DNA of 63,240 nt, counting the filler, from Choristocarpus tenellus KU-1152 (taxonomy: Eukaryota; Protista; Phaeophyceae), in the NCBI GenBank assembly GCA_964200185.2. It is 10 parts of 10 records of this genome, joined end to end, with 100 filler letters (N's around TTAATTAATTAA, not from the genome) between each part and the next. Parts side by side here need not be neighbours in the genome. Positions count along the whole stretch, not along the records: positions 35,553 to 44,347 come from CAXNAD020004324.1; positions 44,448 to 49,844 come from CAXNAD020010922.1; 8 more parts are not named here. One strand, 5' to 3'. Numbering within the stretch: position 1 is the first letter of the stretch; the number at the start of each line of letters is the position of its first letter. Made by a program: the position numbers and the translations under genes. Below, piece after piece: positions 38,334 through 49,944 of the stretch. The notes under the pieces are model-generated. The model saw nothing but the letters and a program-made list of their open reading frames with translations, was not told the origin of the DNA and made no database searches.

Positions 38334-41300
38334 CTATTGTTGTGTACACGACCGCCAAAACGTCTCTTGATCAAATATACTATCAATTTGATCAGCTGGG
38401 GGGTTGTTTTTGGTACAAGAGTTACAGCGACTTGCATGATGACATATGCCACCTGGATTAATTACGTTTTCTGTAATCCTTGGTAAGAATGATGTCATTT
38501 TGTTCTTCACTGCTAAGTTGTCACACATGTTGGAGGTGGAGGTTGCCTGTGGCTTCCTAGACGCCCCAGGATCACCCTAAAGAGAAGAGACGGAGTCAGA
38601 AATATCACACATTTACAACTATTTTAATGACGCTATATACGTATGCGTTGAATGACTCCCACTATGCACGCAAACACCCACCCACACTCATACATATTGA
38701 GGTATATATGAATATACTAGAAGTACTGAAGTACGTTGTTCTAAGCATCCCTCTAAGTTTATATTTGTAAGGGCGCAATTTGTAGTACTAACACAAATCG
38801 TGCCAGAGTGTAGTATGCTCAACAATATTAGTACACAGACCATCTCTCTTCAGCGAATTTCGCAATAAAGATCGCTACAGCAGCAATGCTGAACATGGCT
38901 GTTTGGTCACAACAATATCAAGAGCACAAATAAAATCAACTCCATACAGGAAAATGGTTTTGTTGCTTTTCGATACAAGTAGCTAAGTAAGGCACTAGCA
39001 ATGGTCACTGCGAATGCCTCTCCACATCAAACACACCCTAACCCTATCATTATGTATTTTCAACCCTGATAAAAATCACAAATTCGCTACAATATATAGA
39101 GCTTCATACACAATAAATAGAATTACAGTATCAATACAAGAAGTGTAATAAACCTCCATGTGTAAGGGTTGTCTCATAGCCAATCCGCCCCATTCATCCA
39201 GGTACTCAGAGACAACCTCTAATCACAGTCCTAGCCGGGTCTGGTCCACACAATGGTACTGACACTTTCTCCCTCCAACAAGTTCTCTCTGCTGTTGTCT
39301 CCTCCTCCTCTTGCTGCCTCTGGGATGAACGATGATTCCCACACGAAGGAAGTTAGAGCATCAAACATATTTGAAAATACATCTTGCTGCTCAACTTCCC
39401 CCTCAATTCCTTCCTCTCCGAGAACACTTCCTTTGTCCCAATTATAGATGCCACTCCTATTGCAGACTCTAGTATCTGCTTGTTGAACCCTCCTGGGCTG
39501 GAGATCCACAAGTCGCTTCTCCTCAAGGAATCTTGGCTGGTGGCCCACACTCCCTTCATGTGAAGTAGTACAAAATGTTGCAACAGCCCATTTCAAAGGT
39601 GAGGATTCTGCCTCCAAACTCTCCTTCTCAATCCCCTTCATGCTATCGCTTCCAACATTGGTTCTGGCATTCCTCGCCGTGAGATGACATCTTCCGCTGT
39701 TGTCCCCCAGAGAAGAAGCTATGGGACTTACTGTGCTACTCTCACTGTTGTGCATCTTGCACTTTGACTCCGGAGCAAGATATTCCTCGCACCAAATGTA
39801 CAGGGCAGCAATCATCACAAATCCCACCCAGCACCACCCTCCAGCACGCCACATCAATGCCTCTCTAACTATTATTGTTGCTTTGTGTGGTGCCCAAGCC
39901 TTCTCCAGTCCAAGCCAGTGAAATACTCCATACCAGTCAATCTTGACTCCCACAGAATAATCCTGTTCATTCTTTGTCTTGTGTTCTTCCCTAAGGTTCC
40001 ATCTCTGACCTTGCCGTCCTCCATCCCCTGCCTCCTCCCCTGGACTCCGTAGGTCATCCTTGAGGGGGAAACTCGATTGATACAGAGCGCAAACTGAGGG
40101 ATGTTCCGCCCACACTCCGAACCCACATTTTCCATAGTCCCAACAACCATGTCCAAGCGTGGCTGGCAGTGAGAGTGGGATACCCTCAGCTGTCAGAGGG
40201 CAAGCCACAGTGATGTCCTCATCCTGTTTCAATGCTGTGTTGAAGGCTGAGCCCTCAGCACCTTTCTTATTGCCTTTCCTCTCTACCTGCAACCCTGTAA
40301 GGTGAGTATGAGATGAACCAAGATCTGCTCTTACCTTGGGTGTAAGAGAGGTTTGTGAATCGCTTGGCAGCATGGGTTTAGAACTATCGGAGCAATGATC
40401 ATCAATGCCTCTAACACCTCCCTCCTCAGATCTGCTCTGCACAGGCACATCGGTTGGTCTCAGGGTTAACCCTAGAGCGACTTGAGGTATACATCGCCCT
40501 TCCTCACTATGGTCAATCCTTGCCTCCATTCGAAAGCATGGGGAATGATCGTGCTGCCTTGCAGCATGGTGCCAAACATGGGTGGCGGTGGCCCGCGGCC
40601 CAGTCAAGGGGAGGTCAAAATCGACCACTGCAAGGCCAGTGGATGAGTCGATGTTCTTTGAAGTTACTCTCCTACGTTCATGCCCTGAGGAGACGAATGG
40701 TGTGCCAAGGTGTTGAAAGGAAGGGGGATGAGCTGTCTCACCAGACTGGTAGCGGTCCTTAAAGTTGAGGGTTTGGAACATGGTTGGGAAGTCTCCGCCA
40801 TGATAGTAAACACCAAGGGTGATTTCGTCGATGGTGTTGGGTATGACAAATGTGAAGGAGCCATCAGTTTGGGATGTTCGTTGTAGTAGCACAAGGCTTG
40901 CCCCTGGTCCAGTCCATAACCCCGAGCGTGCGCCCCCTTCCCCTGCTTCCGATTGTGAGGTGGCAGCGCTGGTGTCATGGAGTCTGCCATCATTGCTGCT
41001 ACCAGTGTTGTGTCCGCAACCAGCGCTAGGTGTGTCGTCCTCCCGTTGGAAGCCCTGTAGCTGAACGCAAACACCCGTTAAGGGGAGGCGACGAATTTTA
41101 TCCAGACTTGCGACAGTTCTGGAGGCGTAGGAAAATTGGATGTAGATTGTAGGCTTCCCATTGTTAAGTATCAGGATGAAAAAGTCTACAAAGTGAGCAG
41201 ATACCACCCCACATGTGGAATCCGAAGAATTGACGTAACAAATGTTCGAGGACATTCGATCAAAACGAAACCATCCACTTCACACCGTTTTCTAGACCTC

Positions 41301-41642
41301 TGTCATCAGCAGATATCTCGTCTCAACCTTTGTTTGTGTTCATTGAGGCCGAACATTCTAACAGAGTCTGAGGCCTTCCACAATTTCCTGCACAGAAAAA
41401 AGTTGTGTCAATCCTACTAGTGATATTAAGACCTCGCCACATATTTCAGATCATCGTGGTGGTACGGCTGCACTATTTTCTCGTAAAGCTATGCCAGTCC
41501 TCCGGATGGAGACGGCATTCAGTTTCTGAAGAGGCCACGCGCGGCAGCGTTGGCGAATACTAGTACTTCTCTCCAATGTCCAATCCCATGGCAGAGGTGT
41601 TCGTACTCACCCAGTCAAGACAAGGTCCTGGTTCAAGTCCAT
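38334..41642 (-). CDS. Unknown ~729-aa protein with one probable TM helix
   Basis: Exons 41642-41611, 41387-41328, 41118-39264 and 38576-38334 splice in phase, including a 1.85-kb open exon. Hydrophobic segment GWCWVGFVMIAALYIW. Confidence 0.65.
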
Positions 41643-42036
41643 TACTGGCGACGATTGATCCCTCAGCGTTTGAACTAAAATATCGGGGGTCCAGCATGTG
41701 AGGCTAAGGGCCAGAAGATACACTCTTCGACGAAGCATGGGCTGTCTTGGATATGTTGGTGTATATCACTACTGAGAAATAAGATTCAAAATTGAAATAT
41801 TAGGGTTAGGGTAATGCTTCAATAACAGAATCTCTATTAAGCATATACAAGTCAAGGTACATGGCTTCGTAGGGTCGACGTAAACCCGGAAGCGTTGATG
41901 CCTTGATTCAACCCTTCTCTCCAGTAGTGAATGTGGTGATATTTTTTTTCAATGATCAGCCTGAATATTGATGTCCCTTGTTCGTGGTAACTTTGCCGTA
42001 ATAATTATCGGGTTCAGCACTGGCAACAACCAGGTC

Positions 42037-43476
42037 ATGGCAACAGGACTAAAACGTGACTCGACCATATTCGGGGTGGGGAGGGAAGGATGTGATGGGG
42101 ATTCGGACAACAGCAACTCGGACACCTCGAGTAGCTATCGTACTGCGAACAGACCGAAGAAACGCTTCGTATGGCCCGAGGTGATGTGATATGGATACCT
42201 CTGTTCAAGTTTTCCAGGCTAGACTCTAAATACTGTGTGGAACTACTCGCCACTGTACTCTCGGCACCACCAAGACTAGTCCGCCCTCAAGTAGTGTTTC
42301 TTGTTGTGTTTGAAAGTTTTTTGCTTTGTTGAAGGCGATTTTACTTGCACTATCTACATGCTGTACGACCCTTGCAGGAGTTACACCGGGATTTTATCGC
42401 AGCCGTCTTTGACGTTGGCCTCAAATGGGCAGATGGAAGCTCCCTCAAGGATCTTCTTCCGAAGAAAGAGGGGTAAGCCATTGAGGAGGCGCAGCGACAT
42501 AGGAGCACCTGCCTGGGCGGTGTTGCTGTGTCGATCTAATGAACTATCAAACATGTATCGAGTGTTGGTCCCATCAAGGAAATGTATACAAATGTATACG
42601 AGAGATTTCCTTGTCAAACCTTTTCAGTCATTCGCTGGGCCTGAGATGCAGTACTTGATGTCGTAGGTACTCCCGAGTGCAGAGACCTCAGTCATGACTT
42701 TGGCAATGTGCTAGATATGCGCGAGTGAACCTTCGCCCATCCCCTTCTTGTCTTCATTTCCTTTCACCAACGATGTTATTGTGTTGGTTGACATACCCCC
42801 CAGAGCGGACCCTGTGGCGGTGAGGAGCACCTTACAAAAAATGCGAAGCTTTAGGTACCAGATGCGCCTGGCTGGATCCAAAAGCTTGCGTAACACACGG
42901 CGTTCGTTGCTTAACCGCAACAACAGCACAGCGACAAGGTTATGGTAATGATGACAAATAATGTGTGTTTTCTCTGAAGTGGAGCTATGTTAGGATAGGG
43001 CCCTCTCCACGAGTATCTGGAGGGATCTTGATTTTTCTGCTTGTTGTGGGTTGTTGAAGGTACTAGTTGTAGGACCCAGCGTTGAGAGGTGGAAGTTCGA
43101 AATGCCAAGGGTGTGTGACATGCTCCCACATGTTATCGATCATTCCACTAGGCTACGCCTTGTCACCATGTAGCTAAGGGAATAAGGTTGCACACAGCAA
43201 GTAGTGTGTCTTTTTCTTGCGGTGGGGGTGGGGCTTGTGTATATATTTTGGTCAATACTTTTTCATGAACCCTATGTACACAACTCACCAGTGAGCGCCA
43301 ACGACGGACACGTGCTCAACAACTCCTGCGTAGCTAAGCTCCGGATCAAATCCCACCTCTCTCACCGTCATTTTCACAGAGTAATGATTGTGATTATTAT
43401 TGTCCTTAATTGAAGTACTTCGAAGAACTCCAGTGTATTTATTTTACTTTGAATATCATCATCATCATCATCATCA

Positions 43477-43525
<49 letters not shown>

Positions 43526-44020
43526 CGTAATCATTTTCGCGAGTCATGCAAAGGGTACACAGTCGATGCCCACAAGAACGCACCCCCGCATTTTGGCCGT
43601 TCTTTTTTCCCCTCCTAATTTAATTGATCCTTTTCCTTCGCACTCGTTTTGTGCAACTAACCTCATAATCAACTAACCTCATAATCAACTAACCTCATAA
43701 TCAACTCTCCTCATGATCAACTAACCTCATAATCAACTCTCATCATAATCAACTCTCCTCATGATCAACTCTCCTCATAATCAACTAACCTCATAATCAA
43801 CTCTCCTCATAATCAACTCTCCTCATGATCAACTCTCCTCATGATCAACTAACCTCATAATCAACTCTCCTCATAATCAACTCTCCTCATGATCAACTCT
43901 CCTCATGATCAACTCTCCTCATAATCAACTCTCCTCATGATCAACTAACCTCATAATCAACAACTCTCCTCATGATCAACTAACCTCACCTCATAATCAA
44001 TAATAACACTCATAATAATC

Positions 44021-44052
<32 letters not shown>

Positions 44053-44347
44053 GCAAGCGGACGCCGCAGCAACAACAATGTAGTGTGCATGCCAAGATTG
44101 TCGTGTACCTCGTTTTTTTTCAGCCGCTTTTCTATACCATACCCACCCACTGGTCCCTTGCGCCGTGCTGTAGACCGTACAGCCCTAACCCTTACCCCTA
44201 ACCCTTACTACATCCAGCTCGACGGAAATGAGGAATGCCCGTGGAGGTAGTGGGTTAGACGTTGACACAGTACCTCCTCCTCTCTACGCGGAGGAGGTAC
44301 TCAAGGCGGAAATTGCGACTGCGCCTGAGGAACTGCAGCGACTTATT
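42037..44347 (+). CDS. Myb-like SHAQKYF/GARP-class transcription factor, 3'-truncated
   Basis: Exons 42037-42180, 42378-42472, 42804-42938 and 44218-gap give KKRFVWPE|ELHRDFIAAVFDVGLK...VAVRSTLQKMR, matching the GARP pattern KPRLVWTPELH..F..AV..LG...SHLQKYR. Confidence 0.85.
43455..43525. repeat. Compound (ATC)n(ATT)n microsatellite
   Basis: Direct reading. Confidence 0.95.
43654..44050. repeat. 16-bp minisatellite CAACT(AA/CT)CCTCAT(A/G)AT x~21, followed by (AAT)n
   Basis: Units counted from 43654 to ~43997, inside intron 3 of the Myb gene. Confidence 0.95.
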
Positions 44348-44802
44348 NNNNNNNNNNNNNNNNNNNNNNNNNNNNNNNNNNNNNNNNNNNNTTAATTAAT
44401 TAANNNNNNNNNNNNNNNNNNNNNNNNNNNNNNNNNNNNNNNNNNNNCCCCCCAGATACTTTGAGTCTTAAATAGTCACATATCGTAGTCCCAATCCCTA
44501 CTTTTTATTTCCAAGCAATCTAAAGCCCTCAAATGTGACCTACTATTGTAAGCAGTAACCCTTCATTCACAAGGTTATAAATTTGAGATCTCTAATTTGT
44601 ACGCAGGGTGGTGCAGGAGCTACGATCAGTAATTCCCCTCCCCCCCCCTTTTATATTGGTGTACTCTTCTTACCTCCAAATTAAAAATATGATGCTCTCG
44701 CCCAGTTCATTTCTTTTAACTATCGCGCATCTCGTTTTTAGTCATCGTATATCACCAACCATACATCTACTCCCAATCCCTAATTCTTAATTTCGTGGCA
44801 TT

Positions 44803-44945
44803 CACTCCACCTAAAATCCCCACTTACCATGTGTCCTCATCCAGTACTCTGAAAATATCTATACATAATTTTGTGGAGGTCACTCCACCTAAAAAATCCT
44901 CACCTACCTCGTGTCCTCACTCAGTACTCTGAATTATCTATACAG
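44803..44945. repeat. Two ~78-bp direct repeats
   Basis: cactccacctaaaa..gtgtcctca..cagtactctgaa..tatctataca occurs twice. Confidence 0.85.
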
Positions 44946-45029
44946 GTTTTCTTATTTGTTTTGTTTCTTATACCAAGTTATCTCCCAGCTTGTAGCTATG
45001 CTGTATAAAATCTATGACTACTCATATTG

Positions 45030-46100
45030 ACATAACTATTGATTCGCAGGGTGCCTATGCCTAAGAAAACGTCCCATTACTAGCCTTGTACCTTCCACTC
45101 GTGACCCTTGAACGGGGTGGTCCCCTCTACATAATTCTACGATGAGCCCACGCTGTTCGAGTTTTCTTGCTATATGGGTTGGGGTGAACAATATAGGCAG
45201 CAGAAAACAACCCATGCACTCTATCACCGATCGATATAGACCTGATATCTGCCCCAGCTCTACATTTCAAGCAATATGTAAGCTGCACTTACTCAACAAG
45301 ATTGTTGTAGGTACACTACTCCTACCCTGACCCATTATCTTTTCTTCTTATCGTGAACTCCATGGGATAACCATGTTTGTGACATAAACGGCGCACTCTA
45401 CTACTTGTCCCTTTCTACTCCTTAGACTAAGACCCTCAAACCTTTTCTGTCCTGCCGTGTGTACCAACCTGTAAAGTATTAGTAGTAGCGTTCCTAACCT
45501 ACAGTATTAACGTGTACTCCCACCTCTGCCAGTACCACTACCGTAGGAATCGCCCCGATTCATCATTTACGCGTCTATCCTGTTTCACTCCACCATAACA
45601 TCGATTATCATCATGGTCAGTCCTTCGCTATTTCTTCTTCTCTGGATTTCCCTGGATACCCCTTGCATTGTGTCCGAATCTACCCACATAACCACACATG
45701 TTTGATTCCTACCATACACTTATCTATGATGTTTTTCATCGTCACGGTCATCATCCCCCTTACCTTGTGGGCTCTTCCCTACCATTTGTATATCTTGTTC
45801 TCAAGCATCCCCGCCTTTTCAACAGGGCCTTTCTCTCTTTCAATAATAGAAAAGATTGCTCGGGTTCTGCCTTGATCCCTTACTACAAGAGCTTGCTCGG
45901 AGGTTTTTCTTGTTCTAGCCCCTCCTCGAATTGTACCACTAGCCCTCGGTTTTCTTTACATACTGACCATTCCTTCTACCATATACTACCAACCACTTCT
46001 TCTACTCCTCTCCTGCCTCTCCTTCCTATGAGTCACTCAGTACTTAAAACTCTTCGTTCACCCCTTGCCTACTTTTCTTTTTCCTTCCTCACCTCTTCCT
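45030..46100 (-). mobile_element. Degenerate LTR retrotransposon gag-protease relic
   Basis: A frameshifted zinc knuckle C-W-L-C-G-R-F-G-H-N-A-R-G-(Y)-P at ~45700-45652 is followed by a degenerate protease-like IDA..GAIPTVV at ~45585-45540. Purine-rich strand with many stops; boundaries approximate. Confidence 0.5.
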
Positions 46101-47498
46101 CCCCTATACCACATTACACTTCGAGTTGGGCTTCGGGGTTGTGAGTTGTAAGAGGGTGAGGATCATGAATTGGCCGTATGGTTGTACGGTCGTTGTTTGA
46201 AATAAGATTGAGGAGGTACATGAATAATAGTGTTTCATTGGTTCAGGTTTGAGTGGCAAATGACCACCAGAATTCTTCCATCCACAAAAGTTGGAGTTAA
46301 TGAAATAATCTGAGTTTTGTGGATGGAAGAATTCTGGTTGGCTGGGGGGCACAGGACAAATGGGCGCAGGGGAAAGAAAAAGAAGGAGACAAGAAGGGAA
46401 GAGAAGGTTAACGGAAATGAGTGGTAGAAAAAAGGGGGAAACAGCATTCAGTGATTGATAAAAGGGAAGAGAACCAGGGGTACAGGACGAGGAGGGGAGA
46501 CCAAGGCAACCTCCGAGCAAGCTCTCCCGCCCACCAACCCCGTCGCTTGCTCACGAACGACGGGAACACTGGGAGAGGGGGAGAGGGGAGGTCAAGTTAT
46601 GGCGGGGTAGATGTCTTCTAGCTCAAATGCACGGGTTGAAGTGGATCATGAAGGGGTGTTCTTGGATGATTGTGGAGTGGTGTTGAGTGGTGTGGGAACT
46701 ACTGTGGGGTTGAGGGGAGTGGTAACTTGTGTGGGGTTGAAAGGTGGGGGATGACTGGCAATCAGTGATGAAGGGCATTCGCACTGGTTGGTCATCAAAT
46801 GGGGAATAGAGAATAGAGGAACGGCAAACAAGGAATAAGCAAATAATAATAATCCAGAATTCGCGAGCAAAACAAACTCAGATTACTTCATAAACTTTCC
46901 CTTTTTTTCTTCTCTTCTCCTTTTCTCACCTCTTTTTTCTTCTGTTGAATATTTGTTTTAGCTTTATCTTTCTTAACCCTTTTTTTTTAAAGTTCCTACT
47001 TCTAAGGATTAATATTAGTGAGTAGGCTCCTCTTTTAATTCACCCTTGGTGGGCCACCTGTTTGAAGATCTGAAATGTTATCTTCCTCCAAATCATCAAC
47101 CTGTTCCTCCTGGTCATCACCACTACAACTACTACCATCAACCATCTCAGCACTATCATCACCTTCTTGCTCATCTTCCTCCTCTTCTTGATCTTCCCCG
47201 TCAAACCTTTTTTTGTACCACTGTGTATTGCGTTCTTTGGAACGGCTCTTTGATCATTGGTGTGGTAAGTGTTACTAAATAATAATGAAATATTATTTAA
47301 ATTGTGGTCAATCAATCAATAACACAGATTTCACTTAGAAAAAAAAACAACTGTTCCTTTAACCACGAACAAACTCGATTGATTGGGCAAGCGCTCGCAC
47401 CTGAAAGAACAGGGCACACACACTTTACACATTAAACGCGATCTTTGTCCACCACCTCCTGACTTACGTTGGACACACACGGAAACAGTGAAGGTACA

Positions 47499-48918
47499 AT
47501 GCGCTTTTTTATCCCAGTGTTGGCTTTGGCCGTGCGATATGCTTCTGGTCAAGAGACGTTCGTTTTCTCGGTGGACCTCCTTGCAGGTCCCACTGGGTAC
47601 TTCGAGGTCGAGGGATATAATGGCATTCAACCCGACCTCACAATTGTACGTGGTAAGACTTACACCTTCGACCAGTTGGATGAGTCCAACTGGTTCCATC
47701 CACTAGGCTTTGCGTACTATCCGGACGGTGCCCATGAAGGAGTCGACGAACTGGAGGAGGGGGTCGGTAATGGTGATGAGCCTCTATATATCATCAACGG
47801 CGAGGAATCAATACTAGATGTGTACGAACCCCAATTCTTCTACCCTGAAGACGCGTGGATGGAGAATGAATACACAGTAAATCTGACAGTCACGGATCCT
47901 GAAGTTACCGAGATCTTCTACTTCTGCCATATCCACAACCAGATGAGCGGGCGGATTTTTGTTGTGGACGCGGAGGGAGATGTGCCTGGAGCGGCCGAGA
48001 TAGAACTATACGAGCCATTTGTAAGTGACGCATTTGACGAAGAATGCGGCACCTTCGATGCCACAGACTATCAACCCAAGGAGGGAACGTTCGAGAGTGA
48101 CCTTTGTCCCGATCAGAAGTTCCTTTGTGGGGACACTTCCAGCAGCTTCGACCGCTGCATGCACGCAATAGACTGCAAGATGAACTATGAGATGCGAATC
48201 GAGCAGGCCGACAGCTCCAGCAACACAGTCGCTTTCATGCATCAGATGATTCCACACCACGAGAATGCCGTCAACATGGCTAAGATCCTTCTTAAGAACC
48301 CAGGAGACGAAGAACTGGACGAAGAGGTAAATAACTAAACACATACCCTGGAATAAATGAGGCAACAGTACATTTCGCTATTCTGCATGAGTTCTGACTT
48401 GGAATAATGTAGGGTACTCAACGGAAATGGTGACCCCCTAGGCTGACAACCTCCATATTAAAAGCAATCCCTACACTCTAGGTTCAGAGTACTTTCGTGG
48501 AGAGAATCATGTCCCTCAAATGGTACTTTTAAGGAGCAACTATTACGCTCTATTCTTTAGGTTCACACTGCAAACACGCAACAAAGGAATACGGATGAAA
48601 AGATTCGTAAAGAACCCCAAACCTTCCTTCTTCCTACCTTCGCACGCGTTTACATTGCAGGTCGGAGGCATGCTGAGAGATATTATCAACTCTCAAAATG
48701 CCCAGATTACTTTCATGAGAAGCTACCTTAAAGATGCAGGGCAAGAGGAAGTCAATCTCTGCGAAGCGGAAGAACAATCGGATGAGGGTGTTCCGGATTA
48801 CGCCATCGCCATCATGGTGTGCCTAGGAGTACTTGCTTTTGTATCCATTTTATCCTCATTCTTCTTCAGGAGCAAGATCGCATCAAGTTCAGGTTCAAAG
48901 GATGCTGCAGCTGCGTGA
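47499..48918 (+). CDS. Secreted, membrane-anchored cupredoxin-like + DUF305 (CopM-like) protein, 361 aa
   Basis: Exons 47499-48326 and 48661-48918 (phase 0). Signal peptide MRFFIPVLALAVRYASG; PDLTIVRGKTYTF..WFHPLGF and YFCHIHNQMSGRI (H..C-x2-H-x2-M); FMHQMIPHHENAVNMAK..IINSQNAQITFMRSYL (DUF305); C-terminal TM. Confidence 0.85.
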
Positions 48919-49069
48919 TATGTGGAACATCAGATGATAGCGCATGGTGGTTAATACCTTTTCGTCTTTGACCAAAATGAAACATAGTGTTGGTGTTTCC
49001 TGATGGTCTCATTCCTACTTATAGTTGTTTGAGTTGGAGGTGATTATGAGTCACTTGTTGCTGGTTTTG

Positions 49070-49290
49070 TTTCGTTGGAATATGAACCTGCATCTACGAC
49101 TCCTTCTTTTGATGTAAGCCCGTCACAAACTTTATAGGAAAGTTGCTCTAGGGGGGAACAATCCGCCATTTAATAGCTTTTTATTTCATTGGAGTATGAA
49201 CCCGCATCTACAGCTCCTCCCTTGGACATAACCTCTCACAAACTTTTATGAACGCTGCTCCAATCTGCTGTGTACTAATAGCCTTTATGA
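49070..49290. repeat. Two diverged ~115-bp direct repeats
   Basis: ttgga-tatgaacc-gcatctac..tcacaaacttt..tgctc..taatagc occurs twice. Confidence 0.75.
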
Positions 49291-49944
49291 TACTATATTA
49301 TTATATTGTTCATTATCGACATTTCATGTGCATTATCGGTTTTATAGGGAGGACAGCCAGCTGGTTGTGGAATTCCAAAAGGTTCCACTGCGGTGCTCTA
49401 TTACTCAGTGGTGCTAGCGAGTTTGATGTTTCTGCTTTCTTGCTGCCAAGAGATTTTCTTTTATTGAAAGGCTACCTCACCCCCCTGTTTGTGCCATCTG
49501 CACCTTACCTATGCCCAGAAAGCTTGCTTTATTATTATTTGCTCGCTCTGAGGCAAAAAGCAGTGTCCTGCTTCTTTAGAAGGTTGTGTTGAACAGTTGA
49601 CTGGGGTAGTGTGAACCTAAGGTTTGGACATCAACTCATTGAACATTACAGTGGAAGAAAGGCATGGAAAAACAATTTTGGGAATAGTGGTTACGTGTAC
49701 CCACAGGAAGGATAGTTCACACGATATGGTCAACTCTGCATAGTGCTTGTTTTGCTGACATTTCAAATCCGACATGTGCGACCAAATCACACCAAAAAAG
49801 TGAAAAAAGAAAAAGGGGTGAAAAATGGACGCTGACACCCCCCCNNNNNNNNNNNNNNNNNNNNNNNNNNNNNNNNNNNNNNNNNNNNTTAATTAATTAA
49901 NNNNNNNNNNNNNNNNNNNNNNNNNNNNNNNNNNNNNNNNNNNN

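Noticed and set aside
41585-41652. tRNA/SINE-like A box (TGGCAGAGG) and B box (GGTTCAAGTCC)
   Set aside because: The T-stem has only three pairs and there is no acceptor stem. The segment is explained as the antisense of a first coding exon (MDLNQDLVLT) and its GTGAGT donor.
43374-43676. Poly-His/Tyr/Ile/Asn ORFs
   Set aside because: Translations of the (ATC)(ATT) microsatellite.
43654-43997. CRISPR-like regular repeats
   Set aside because: Contiguous units with no unique spacers, in a eukaryotic intron, with no cas genes.
47036-47205. Acidic peptide on the minus strand (DGEDQEEEEDEQEGDD...)
   Set aside because: Short, with no start or splice partner found; cannot be assigned as gene or transposon relic.
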